Positions 1-12,254 of a stretch of DNA of 64,000 nt are shown here, one piece after another. How positions within the stretch are numbered: the first letter of the stretch is position 1; each line of letters starts with the position of its first letter. Source of the stretch: Dendrobates tinctorius (lineage: Eukaryota); contig NW_027361817.1 of NCBI RefSeq assembly GCF_039654945.1, positions 10,912,001 to 10,976,000 of the forward strand, given 5' to 3'. A program made the translations under genes and the position numbers. Below the pieces are notes generated by a model. It was not told the DNA's origin. It ran no database searches and worked only from the letters and a program-made list of their open reading frames with translations.

Positions 1-1386
1 TGGCTCTCACAGACCTGTAACTTCTTCTTTAAGAGTCCCCTCTTTCCTCCACTCATTACCTGTAGTAATGGCACCTGTTTAAACTTGTTATCAGTATAAA
101 AAGACACCTGTGCACACCCTCAAACAGTCTGACTCCAAACTCCACTATGGTGAAGACCAAAGAGCTGTCAAAGGACACCAGAAACAAAATTGTAGCCCTG
201 CACCAGGCTGGGAAGACTGAATCTGCAATAGCCAACCAGCTTGGAGTGAAGAAATCAACTGTGGGAGCAATAATTAGAAAATGGAAGACATACAAGACCA
301 CTGATAATCTCCCTCGATCTGGTGCTCCACGCAAAATCCCACCCCGTGGGGGTCAGAATGATCACAAGAACGGTGAGCAAAAATCCCAGAACCACGCGGG
401 GGGACCTAGTGAATGAACTGCAGAGAGCTGGGACCAATGTAACAAGGCCTACCATAAGTAACACACTACGCCACCATGGACTCAGATCCTGCAGTGCCAG
501 ACGTGTCCCACTGCTTAAGCCTGTACATGTCCGGGCCCGTCTGAAGTTTTCTAGAGAGCATTTGGATGATCCAGAGGAGTTTTGGGAGAATGTCCTATGG
601 TCTGATGAAACCAAACTGGAACTGTTTGGTAGAAACACAACTTGTCGTGTTTGGAGGAAAAAGAATACTGAGTTGCATCATCAAACACCATACCTACTGT
701 AAAGCATGGTGGTGGAAACATCATGCTTTGGGGTTGTTTCTCTGCAAAGGGGCCTGGACGACTGATCCGGGTACATGAAAGAATGAATGGGGCCATGTAT
801 CGTGAGATTTTGAGTGCAAACCTCCTTCCATCAGCAAGGGCATTGATGATGAAACGTGGCTGGGTCTTTCAACATGACAATGATCCAAAGCACACCGCCA
901 GGGCAACGAAGGAGTGGCTTCGTAAGAAGTATTTCAAGGTCCTGGAGTGGCCTAGCCAGTCTCCAGATCTCAACCCTATAGAAAACCTTTGGAGGGAGTT
1001 GAAAGTCCGTGTTGCCAAGCGAAAAGCCAAAAACATCACTGCTCTAGAGGAGATCTGCATGGAGGAATGGGCCAACATACCAACAACAGTGTGTGGCAAC
1101 CTTGTGAAGACTTACAGAAAACGTTTGACCTCTGTCATTGCCAACAAAGGATATATCACAAAGTATTGAGATGAAATTTTGTTTCTGACCAAATACTTAT
1201 TTTCCACCATAATATGCAAATAAAAGGAAAAAAAAAACAGACAATGTGATTTTCTGGATTTTTTTTTCTCAGTTTGTCTCCCATAGTTGAGGTCTACCTA
1301 TGATGTAAATTACAGACGCCTCTCATCTTTTTAAGTGGTGGAACTTGCACTATTGCTGACTGACTAAATACTTTTTTGCCCCACTG
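1..1386 (+). mobile_element. Tc1 DD34E transposon, 5' end outside window, transposase (147-1169) frameshifted
   Basis: Split ORFs 147-416/322-702/723-1169 with paired HTH, WSDETK, HDNDPKH...SPDLNPIE (34 residues between D and E); ends ...GCCCCACTG then TA. Confidence 0.92.
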
Positions 1387-1418
<32 letters not shown>

Positions 1419-1421
<3 letters not shown>

Positions 1422-2606
1422 AATATATAAAGCTCAAAGTGTGTATGTATGTATGTATGTATGTGTGTGTGTGTATGTCTGGGATAGGCATCCGCATCGT
1501 TGCAGCTACAGCCACAAAATTTGGCACAGTCACACGTCTGAGCGTCCTAAGTTATGTTGTGAGGCGAAATTTTAACCCCGCGTGTTCCAATTCACCAAAC
1601 AATTTTGCCCCTATCTACATACTGGGGAAAAAGTGTGTGCACGTCAAGCCCCGCCCCTCATTATGTCATAATACCCCTATCTACATAATGGGGAAACAGT
1701 GTGTGCGTATCAAGTCCCGCCCCTCATTATGATGTCACAATGGTTGCCACGACGACGCTGATGTCATCAAGCCCCGCCGCTCATTATGATGTCATAATGG
1801 TTGACTATGGGATGGAGGATGTGTGATGGGTATATGGGCACTGGACTGTGGGATGGAGGATATGTATGACGGGTATATGGGCACTGGCCTATGGGATGGT
1901 GGATATGTATGACGGGTATATGGGCACTGGACTATGGGATGGAGGATATGTATGACGGGTATATGGGCACTGGACTATGGGATGGAGGATGTGTGATGGG
2001 TATATGGGCACTGGACTATGGGATGGAGGATATGTATGACGGGTATATGGGCACGGGACTATGGGATGGCGGATATGTATGATGGGTATATGGGCATGGG
2101 ACTATGGGATGGAGGATATGTATGATGGGTATATGGGCATGGGACTATGAGATGAAGGATGTGTGAAGGGTATATGGGCACGGGACTATGGGATGGCGGA
2201 TATGTATGATGGGTATATGGGCACGGGACTATGGGATGGAGGATATGTATGATGGGTATATGGGCATGGGACTATGAGTGAAGAATGTGTGATGGGTATA
2301 TGGGCACTCGACTATGGGATGGTGAATATGTATGATGGGTATATGGGCACGGGCCTATGGGATGGAGAATATGTATGATGGGTATATGGGCACTGGACTA
2401 TGGGATGGAGGATGTGTGATGGGTATATGGGCACTCGACTATGGGATGGAGGATATGTATGATGGGTATATGGGCACGGGCCTATGGGATGGAGGATGTG
2501 TGATGGGTATATGGGCACGGGACTATGGGATGGAGGATAATTATAATTTGCTATAACTAACCACAGTTAGTTACTATGCCCGGGCAGCGCCGGGCTCTTC
2601 AGCTAG
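1419..2606 (+). mobile_element. Non-autonomous Helitron, copy 1
   Basis: A|TCTAATATATAAAGC start; GCCCGG-gcagcg-CCGGGC hairpin at 2578-2595, then CTAG|T end; no TSD. Confidence 0.85.
1808..2538 (+). repeat. 41/43-bp G-rich minisatellite (about 17 units) inside Helitron 1
   Basis: Unit ATGGGATGGAGGATATGTATGACGGGTATATGGGCACTGGACT and variants. Confidence 0.95.
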
Positions 2607-2622
2607 TATATATATATATATG

Positions 2623-2658
<36 letters not shown>

Positions 2659-2663
<5 letters not shown>

Positions 2664-4124
2664 AAGACCAAAAATTTGGACACACCTTCTCATTCAAAGA
2701 GTTTTCTTTATTTTCAAGACTATTAAAATTGTAGATTCACTCTGAAGGCATCAAAACTATGAATTAACACATGTGGAATTATATAATTAACAAAAAAGTG
2801 TGAAACAACTGAAAATATGTCTTATATTCTAGGTTCTTCAAAGTAGCCACCTTTTGCTTTGATTACTGCTTTGCACACTCTTGGCATTCTCTTGATGGGC
2901 TTCAAGAGGTAGTCACTGGAAATGGTCTTCCAACAGTCTTGAAGGAGTTCCCAGAGATGCTTAGCACTCGTTGGCCCTTTTGCCTTCACTCTGCGGTCCA
3001 TTTCACTCCAGACCAACTCGATTGGGTTCAGGTCTGGTGACTATGGAGGCCAGGTCATCTAGCGTAGCACCCAATCACCCAATCACTCTCCTTCTTGGTC
3101 AAATAGCCCTTACACAGCCTGGAGGTGTGTTTGGGGTCATTGTCCTTTTGAAAAATAAATGATGGTCTAACTAAATGCAAACCGGATGGAATAGCATGCC
3201 GCTGCAAGATGCTGTGGTAGCCATGCTGGTTCAGCATGCCTTCAATTTTGAATAAATCCCCAACAGTGTCACCAGCAAAGCCCCCCCACACCATCACACC
3301 TCCTCCATGCTTCACGGTGGGAACCAGGCATGTAGAGTCCATCCGTTCACCTTTTCTGCGTCGCAAAAAGACACGGTGTTTGGAACCAAAGATCTCAAAT
3401 TTGGACTCATCAGACCAAAGCACAGATTTCCACTGGTCTAATGCCCATTCCGTGTGTTATTTAGCCCAAACAAGTCTCTTCTGCTTGTTGCCTGTCCTTA
3501 GCAGTGGTTTCCTAGCAGCTATTTTACCATGAAGGCCTGCTGCACAAAGTCTCCTCTTAACAGTTTTTGTAGAGACGTGTCTGCTGCTAGAACTCTGTGT
3601 GGCATTGACTTGGTCTCTAATCTGAGCTGCTGTTAACCTGCGATTTCTGAGGCTGGTGACTCAGATGAACTTATCCTCCGCAGCAGAGGTGACTCTTAGT
3701 CTTCCTTTCCTGGGGCGGTCCTCATGTGAGCCAGTTTCTTTGTAGCAGTTGATGGTTTTTGCCACCACACTTGGGGACACTTTCAAAGTTTGCAACCCCA
3801 TTTATAAGGAAAGAAATCCCACTTATTAAACCTGACAGGGCACATCTGTGAAGAGAAAACCATTTCCGGTGACTACCTCTTGAAGCTCATCAAGAGAATG
3901 CCAAGAGTGTGCAAAGCAGTAATCAAAGCAAAAGGTGGCTACTTTGAAGAACCTAGAATATAAGACATATTTTCAGTTGTTTCACACTTTTTTGTTAATT
4001 ATTTAATTCCACGTGTTAATTCACAGTTTTGATGCCTTCAGAGTGAATCTACAATTTTCATATTCATGAAAATAAAGAAAACTCTTTGAATGAGAAGGTG
4101 TGTCCAAACTTTTGGTCTGTACTG
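2659..4124 (-). mobile_element. Tc1-like DD38E (Intruder-type) element, internally deleted and decayed
   Basis: TIRs of about 265 bp (2659-2925 / 3860-4124) that include the ORF 3' end; WSDESKF; removing an 8-bp duplication restores DNDPKH...SPDLNPIE with 38 residues between D and E. Confidence 0.8.
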
Positions 4125-4631
4125 TATATATATATTTGTGTGTGTTTTGATGAATATTTCCTTCGATGTCTAAATGACAGAGAACTGCTGTATGTAAAAG
4201 CTCATGTTAAAATCGCATTGCAATCGGGTAATAATCGCACTGCACTCGGATGTAAATCTGATGCTAGGTGCGAAAATCGGATTGTACACACATGACATTC
4301 GTGACTCTCGACAGGGAAGCTCGGACCGATTTTTCATTCGTTTAGTGTGACTCCTGCCATAGTGCAGGAATCGAACAATGATAAGCAATTGCTTCTTAAA
4401 TATGGTGACTTCCCTGCACCATTTTCAAGTCAGTTCAATGTTTTATAGGTTTTTAGGTGCTCCAAATTTTGTGGATTTTTCTGAATGTCACATGTACAGA
4501 TTTTCTATATACTGTACATTTAAAATGTATCTAAGGAACAAAAAAGCCATATGACTGTAATAAAGTCCATTTTGTTTTTTGCCTATTAAGCCCTAATAGA
4601 CTAAGTCTTACCTCCTCATCAGTGCTCATAA

Positions 4632-5582
4632 TCTAATATATAAAGCTCAAAGTGTGTATGTATGTGTATGTGTGTGTGTATGTCCGGGATAGGCATCCGC
4701 ACCGTCGCAGCTACAGCCACAAAATTTGGCACAGTCACACGTCTGGACCCCGAGAGCGTCCTAAGCTATGTTGTGAGGCGAAATTTTAACCCTGTGCGTT
4801 CTAATTCACTAAACAATTTTGCCCCTATCTACATACTGGGGAAAAAGTGTGTGCGCATCAAGCCCCGCCCCTCATTATGATGTCATAATGCCCCTATCTA
4901 CATAATGGGGAAACAGTGTGTGCGTATCAAGCCATGCCCCTCATTATGATGTCATAATGGTTGCCATGGCGACGCTGATTCATCATAGGTTGCAAGCCCC
5001 GCCGCTCATTATGATGTCATAATGGTTGACAATGGGATGGAGGATGTGTGATGGGTATATGGGCACGGGACTATGGGCTGGAGGATATGTATGACGGGTA
5101 TATGGGCACTGGACTATGGGATGGAGGATATGTATGACGGGTATATGGGCACGGGACTATGGGATGGAGGATGTGTGATGGGTATATGGGCACTGGACTA
5201 TGGGATGGAGGATATGTAAGACGGGTATATGGGCACGGGACTATGGAATGGCGGATATGTATGATGGGTATATGGGCACGGGACTATGGGATGGAGGATA
5301 TGTAAGACGGGTATATGGGCACGGGACTATGGGATGGAGGATATGTATGACGGGTATATGGGCACGGGACTATGGGATGGAGGATATGTATGATGGGTAT
5401 ATGGGCACTCGACTATGGGATGGAGGATATGTATGATGGGTATATGGGCACGGGCCTATGGGATCGTGGATATGTATGATGGGTATATGGGTACGGGACT
5501 ATGGGATGGAGGATAATTATAATTTGTTATAACTAACCACAGTTAGTTACTATGCCCGGGTAGCGCCGGGCTCTTCAGCTAG
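4632..5582 (+). mobile_element. Non-autonomous Helitron, copy 2 (same family as copy 1, about 11 minisatellite units at 5032-5514)
   Basis: A|TCTAATATATAAAGC ... GCCCGGgtagcgCCGGGC tcttcag CTAG|T. Confidence 0.87.
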
Positions 5583-5759
5583 TATTACATATAAATACTA
5601 CCAAGTAGAAGAATATGACTATCTTCTGTCTCACACATTCAAAGCTCTAATAAAAGTGATGCTGCAAGATGTTATTAAATGTCCTCAATTACAGAACAAT
5701 GTATTTGTACATACAGTATAGTTGCAGGTGCTAATGCTAAAAAATATTTGCGTGACTAC

Positions 5760-5936
5760 CTGATCATCAGCAAATTTCAATAATGCGGCCATCGGATCAG
5801 CGCCAGGAGACAGAACAAAGATCAGTGGGGCGCAGCAGTGGCTGTCACCAAATGCTTTTGACAGGTCAAATGGAGGAGGTTCAATAAACTGTCGCCCCAG
5901 ATTCACTGTTACAAATTCCTGAATCATTGGAATTAC
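5760..5936 (-). CDS. DNAH7: Dynein heavy chain exon VIPMIQEFV...[23 protein letters not shown] (start of AAA6)
   Basis: FIEPPPFDL and [12 protein letters not shown] motifs; tctag acceptor, GTAGTC donor; 177 bp. Confidence 0.9.
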
Positions 5937-6789
5937 CTAGATAAAGAAATATTTGTGGAGATGCAGTCAGGAAAATTACCTGCAAATAACGCCATTAATG
6001 ACCATATATCGGTACTTTATCATTTCTGAGCAAGGTTACAATTATAACAACTGTGCCATAGGAATATTATGTATAACATGCTTCCTATATGGCTAACATT
6101 AGGTAAAGCAGGCAGTGTATTCATGTGAAAACAGAATGTAATTCAGCAATAATGCTTCACACAACAGATGACATCATGAATCCAGAACCTAAATGTTACT
6201 GGTACTACTTATCATTACAGATTCCCTGTAGTTCCAGTCCAGTCCCTGCTAGTCTGTGCTTTTTGGTCCTTTTCTCGACACCGAAAATACCCACAAAGCG
6301 AATATCTTGGTGGGATGAAGGTTACTGTTGCAGCCAATTTTTTGTATATGGAGGTCAGGACCAGTAAACATAGACCATCAGGGTCCAGGTAAGCCTCAGA
6401 GTGGAATCAGAAGGGATGACTTTTATTTTTAAGCAATAATTTCTATATTACAGAAAACATTTTTAAATGCTTATTATGGATCCTGATCGTGAAGAGCATC
6501 TTACTGTATATGCCCAATCCATCTTTTCTAAATGATTATTAATTGGATTATTTTGGTAGATCATTTATTTAATTTCTCTTCACGTATCGGATTTCTCTGG
6601 GATTAGTAAAAAAATAACTAAAAGAAATATCACTATAAGTAAATTCCTAAATACCTTTAACTGTACAATTAAAATGTCTGCCATCCTGTTACACTTACAG
6701 AAACCTGTACTAGAATGTTACAACAGATGCCAGTGAGCATGTGTAGTAGGAACCTCCTCAGGTGAGACCTGGAGATAACCATATCATGT

Positions 6790-7740
6790 CATACAGAATA
6801 TGGCGGACAGCAGTGTGAATGGTCTCTTCTTGCTACAACACTCCTTGTATACCCAATATTAGATCAGACAGATAGGGTGGACAGCAGTGTGAGGGGCATC
6901 TTCTTACCTCAGCACCCCTGGTATCTTTGGTGTAAGATCAGATATAGATGATGGACAGCAGTGTGAGAAGCCACTTCTTACCTCAGCACTCCTTGTATCC
7001 CCAGTTATCACATAGACAGGGTAAACAGCAGTGTGAGGGGTATCTTCTTACCTTAGCACCCCTTGTATCTCCGGTATTAGATCATATACAGATTGTGGAC
7101 AGCAGTGTGAGCAGCCACTTCTTACCTCAGCAGTCCTGGTATTCCCAGTATTAGATCAGATAGACAAGGTAGACAGCAGTGTGAGCAGTCTAGTCTTACC
7201 TCAGCACCCCTGTTATTTGTAGTATTCGATCAGAAAGACAGGGTGGACAGCAGTGTGAAGGGAATCTTTCTATCTCAGCATCCCTGGTATCTCAATTCTT
7301 CGATCAGATAGATAAGGTGGACAGCAATGTCAGTGGCCTAATCTTACCTCAGTACCCCTCGAATTTCCAGTTTTAGATCATAAAAGCATGCTGAAGAGTA
7401 GAATGAGCAGTCTATTTTTTTCTCAGCACTTCTGATATTTCCAGTATTATATCGGAAATACAGGTTGGGCAGCAGGGTAAGCAGCCTCTTCTAACCTTAG
7501 CACCTCTGGTTATTTCAGTATTAGATCAGAAAGAGAGGGGGGACAGAAGTGTGAGTGACTTCTTCTTACCTCAACACCCCTAATATGTCCAGTATTAGAT
7601 AAAAAGACAGTGTGGACAGCAATGTTAACATCATGTTCTTACTTCAGCAACCTGGGAATCTCAAGAATTAGATAAGAAACATATGGTGGACACCAGAGTG
7701 AGTGGCATGTTCTTATCTCAGCACTATCAGTATAGCCATG
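6790..7740. repeat. Diverged tandem repeat, unit about 73-74 bp, about 13 copies
   Basis: Recurring GGACAGCAGTGTGA ... TTCTTACCTCAGCAC ... GTATTAGATCAG at about 74-bp spacing. Confidence 0.85.
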
Positions 7741-8126
7741 ATTCATCTGTGTGCAATTTTAATTCTAAGCAATCATCCTTCCGTGGATTGGTAGGCTGAG
7801 AGTGGTTGTTTCATCAGTATTATGCACCTGTGTTACCTACCAAGGGGATCTGCTGCATGTTTGTGCATTTCGCTTTGTAACCTTGGCTGGAAAATACCAA
7901 TACTTTTTCACTAGATCTATAATTGAAGTATATCCATTGGAAGCAAATCTTCAGGAACATGAGTGGAAGGCTACAGACATTCTACTGCCTAAGCTCAGAG
8001 GCATCCATACTAACATTCTGGGACAGGTTTCATTTAGTGTAACAAGGCCGTCATTTTAATTCTATAATGATAACCTGCTTAAAGAAAACTATCTTCATTT
8101 TCTAATTAGAAATATTGAGGAATCTA

Positions 8127-9712
8127 CAGTGGTTACAGAAAGTATGCAGACCCCTTTAAATTTTTCACTCTTTGTTTCATTGCAGCCATTTGGTAAATTC
8201 AAAAAAGTTCATTTTTTTTTTCATTAATGTACACTCTGCACCCCATCTTGACTGAAAAAAATGTAGAAATTTTTGCAAATTTATTAAAAAAGAAATACTG
8301 AAATATCACATGGTCATAAGTATTCACACCCTTTGCTCAGTATTGAGTAGAAGCCCCCTTTTGAGCTAGTACAGACATGACTCTTCTTGGGAATGATGCA
8401 ACAAGTTTTTCACACCTGGATTGGGGGATCCTCTGCCATTCTTCCTTGCAGATCCTCTCCAGCTCCATCAGGTTGGATGGTGAACGTTGGTGGACATTCA
8501 TTTTCAGGTCTCTCCAGAGATGCTCAATTGGGTTTAAGTCAGGGCTCTGGCTGGGCCAGTCAAGAATGGTCACAGAGTTGTTCTGAAGCCACTCCTTTGT
8601 TATTTAAGCTGTGTGCTTAGGGTCATTGTCTTGTTGGAAGGTGAACCTTTGACGAAGTCTGAGGTCCAGAGCACTCTGGAAGAGGTTTTCATCCAGGATA
8701 TCTCTATTCTTGGCCGCATTTATGTTTTCTTTAATTGCAACCAGTCATCCTGTCTCTGCAGCTGAAAACCCCCCATAGCATGATACTGCCACCACCATGT
8801 TTCACTGTTGGGATTGTATTGGACAGGTGATGAGCAGTGCCTGGTTTTCTCCACACATACTACTTAGAATTATCACCAAAAAGTTCTATCTTCGTCTCAT
8901 CAGACCAGAGAATATTATTTCTCATGGTCTCGGAGTCCTTCATGTGTTTTTTTTTAGCAAACTCTATGCAGGCTTTCACATGTCTGGCACTGAGGAGAGG
9001 CTTCCGTCTGGCCACTCTACCTTAAAGGCCAGACTGGTGGAGGGCTGCAATGATAGTTGACTTTGGGGAACTTTCTCCCATCTCCCTACTGCATCTGTGG
9101 AGCTCAGCCACAGTGATCTTGGGGTTTTTTCTTTACCTCTCTCTCTCCAAGACTCTTCTCCCATGATTGCTCAGTTTAGCTGGATGGCCAGGACTAGGAA
9201 GACTTTTGGTGGTCCCAATCTTCTTCCATTTAAGGATTATGGAGGCCACTGTGCTCTTAGGAACATTGAGTACTGCAGAAACTCTTTTGCAACCTTGGCC
9301 AGATCTGTGCCTTGCCACAATTCTGTCTCTGAACTCCTTGGCCAGTTCCTTTGACTTCATGATTTTCATGTGGTCTGACATGCACTGTGAGCTGTGAGAT
9401 CTTAAATACACAGGTGTGTGCCTTTACAAATCAAGTCCTATCAGTTTAATTAAACATAGCTGGAATCCTATGAAGGAGTAGAACCATCTCAAGGAGGATC
9501 ACAAGGAAATGGACAGCATGTGACTTAAATATGAGTGTCTTTTTTAATAAATTTGCAAACATTTATACATTCCTGTTTTTTTTTCAGTCAAGATGGGGCA
9601 CAGAGTGTAGATTAATGAGAAAAAAAATGAAATTTTTTGAATTTACCAACTGGTTGCAGTGAAATAAAGAATGAAAAATTTAAAGAGGTCTGAATACTTT
9701 CCATACCCACAG
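8127..9712 (-). mobile_element. Decayed Tc1 element with long (about 200 bp) TIRs
   Basis: TA|CAGTGG... and ...CCCACAG|TA; ORF fragments MKSKELAKEFRDRIV... and [15 protein letters not shown]...KGASTQY. Confidence 0.9.
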
Positions 9713-9887
9713 TATAATGACATTTTCATTTCTTATTTTATTTTCTTCTTTCTCATAGAACACCTTTAAGAATATTAAAGCCTGCATAAACTATTTCAAA
9801 GTTTATGTATACATATACAGTATGATAACAAAAACAAAGGTATTTAAATTAGAGAAAAGTTTCTTTTCTTCTTGTTCATAGGCTCTG

Positions 9888-10787
9888 TGTCACGTCGCCA
9901 CTCGCGCCTGTCACGCCACCGCTCGCACCGCCGCCCCTCGTGTCTCATCATACTTACCATGCCGCAGCTTCTCGGCGCGTCCCCGTCCTCTCTCCTGCTC
10001 TGACAGCGGCGTCTCTGCTCCTCCTCGGGCACGCGCACACTGCAGGCCTCGCGGCGCATGCGCACTTCGCCCCTTGTAAGCTCAGCCGCTCCTCCCGGTC
10101 CTCTCTATGATCTGGAGGACCCTGACCCGGAAGCACCTCCTCACCTTCCTATATCAGGCCGCCTCTTCCTATGGACGCTGCCTGATCATCACTTGTATCC
10201 TTAAGTGATTCTGGCCCCACTCTTGCTTGTGTCCTCCCACTCCTTCCTTCAGCCTCCTGTTACCTCCTGCCCTGTGTTACCTTCACCGTTTATCTGTGCT
10301 CCTGTGTTTCAGCTGTGTCAGCCTGTGTCTCCACCCTGCCTGTGCTCCTGCGCTCCAGCCGTGCCATCCTGTGTCTCTGTCCTGCTCGAGTTCCTGTGTT
10401 CCAGCTGTGCCACCCTGTGTCTCCATCCTGCCTGTATTCCTGTGTTCCAGCCGTGCCACCCTGTGTGTCCATCCTGCCTGTATTCCTGTGTTCCTGCCTT
10501 GCCAGCCTGTGTCTCCATCCAGCCCAAGTTCCTGTGTTCCAGCCGTGCCTGCGTGTATCTCTGCTCTCTCCGTAGTTCCTGATTCTTGTTTTCGCCAGTC
10601 TACCCGGCTGTCCTGCCTGCCATCTGTTACGTCCACCGTGTCTGCCCCGGGTACCAGCTGCCACGGTAATAGTTTCCCCTGGGCCTGTCCCTAATGCTCC
10701 CTGTATAGGGGGTGGTCCTCCTGGCCCACTCGCCCAGGGGAGGTTCGTTGCCGTGGTCCAGTGGGTTCACCCTCGGGTATCCTGACA
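9888..10787. mobile_element. Solo LTR (Gypsy-type), 900 bp, with internal tandem repeats at about 10290-10550
   Basis: TGTCA...TGACA termini, exact 5-bp TSD CTCTG (9883-9887 / 10788-10792). Confidence 0.85.
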
Positions 10788-11499
10788 CTCTGTCTGGTAC
10801 TAGGGTCGTACCTGTCGTAAAGCAAGTTGAGCATCAGTCATCGCAGAGGGGATGACACTGCAACTAAGTGCTTTGAATTGAGATACCCTCATAAACGGTA
10901 CCTCACTGTACAAAAAGCAACAGCGAGAGCTGTTTACAGCTTGACAATCAGAGCAGAAAAAGAGAGGGTGCAGTGAAGGGTGCCAACAAATACAGTGCAG
11001 GTCAGGGGAGGCTGAGGAAGGTCCTAGCTCTACACATGTTCTCAACTCACCCCTTGAGATATCCTTTGTAAAAAGTAGGTGTGTGTTTGTGTTCAGGAGT
11101 TTGAAATTGAGTAAGAGTGTGTGTGCATGTTTTACGTATATACAGTATATGTGATGTGAGCGTAGGGATGTATAAGCAATTGTTGTACAGTATGTCTGTG
11201 ATATGTACATGCATATAATTTATATATAGTTACCGGTATATATTTTATTTATACTTGTACAGCATGAAAAATATATATTTTATATAAATATCAATTATTA
11301 GGGGCACAGGCAGGACAATCTGTCACAAGGACTGGAATCATTGAACAGTGTGTTGTCTTCCTGGCACTCGAGATTGACACATCGCGGATCAGGTTGACTG
11401 ATCCCTGGGACGGGTTGGTGAGGACCCTGGGGTCATGGTACAAATTGGAAACCATAACAAAGAGGGAGGTGGAATGTCCTTATAAATTATGTACACACT

Positions 11500-12254
11500 A
11501 TAGGTTGAAACAAGAGCGCAATAGGGTCTTATCTGGGTAAACCGTATATGATATAAAAGTTTTTATACTCACCCTTTCCAGGAGAGAGTCAAGCCTGTAT
11601 AGTTGGTATGTCAGCCTGCTGCACGTCCAACGGTCCACATCGGTGAACGCAACATAGATTCTTTGGAATAAATTCTTGGACTTTTAGGTGCGCTGCCAGA
11701 CAGATTTCATATCCAAACCAGGTTAATGAAATAACCCTTTATTCCCTACGCGTTTCGAAGTATAACACTTCTTCCTCAGGGGATGACATATGAGTACAGG
11801 GAGCTGTCTCCAGATTTATACATTCACAATTCAAACTTGGCGCCATAAATGACATGTGATGCACCACAGAGGTCAAAGATCAAAACAATTCAAATGTCAT
11901 AAAATGTCAAAGTCATTTCATCTATGGTTGATAAAATCAATTATACCTTTATTTTATTTTGCAGGAACTCTAAAATTGGAATTAAAATAGGAAAAAAAGA
12001 AGAAAAAGAGGAGAATTAAAAAGGAACTTGCGTTGTGAGGAAAATGAAAGGACCACAGTCCAGTACTCACACCATTATACCAGGGAAGGTGTCAGGACAA
12101 AAGAAGAAAATATATATTTCTCTTGGAGATATATATATTTCCTTTTTTAGTTCCAATTTTAGAGTTCCTGCAAAATAAAATAAAGGTATAATTGATTTTA
12201 TCAACCATAGATGAAATGACTTTGACATTTGAATTGTTTTGATCTTTGACCTCT
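11500..12254 (-). mobile_element. Penelope-like element fragment (pLTR-like) with inverted duplication
   Basis: Contains a minimal hammerhead motif and an inverted repeat of about 120 bp (11868-11994 / 12138-12254); no RT or GIY-YIG ORF visible; left boundary approximate. Confidence 0.55.
11743..11783 (-). ncRNA. Minimal type I hammerhead ribozyme
   Basis: Minus strand TCCC CTGAGGA A GAAG tgttata CTTC GAAA CGCG TA GGGA: CUGAnGA and GAAA core boxes, 4-bp helix II, palindromic CGCG helix III, UA cleavage site, 4-bp helix I. Confidence 0.75.

Noticed and set aside
1891-2556. Gly/Tyr/Met-rich ORFs (also 5200-5436)
   Set aside because: Translations of the Helitron minisatellite
1808-7740. Regularly spaced repeats as CRISPR arrays
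   Set aside because: Units are contiguous without unique spacers, there are no cas genes, and the context is a vertebrate intron
10205-10694. Cys/Pro-rich ORFs resembling keratin-associated proteins
   Set aside because: Arise from internal repeats of a TSD-flanked solo LTR and are open in several frames on both strands
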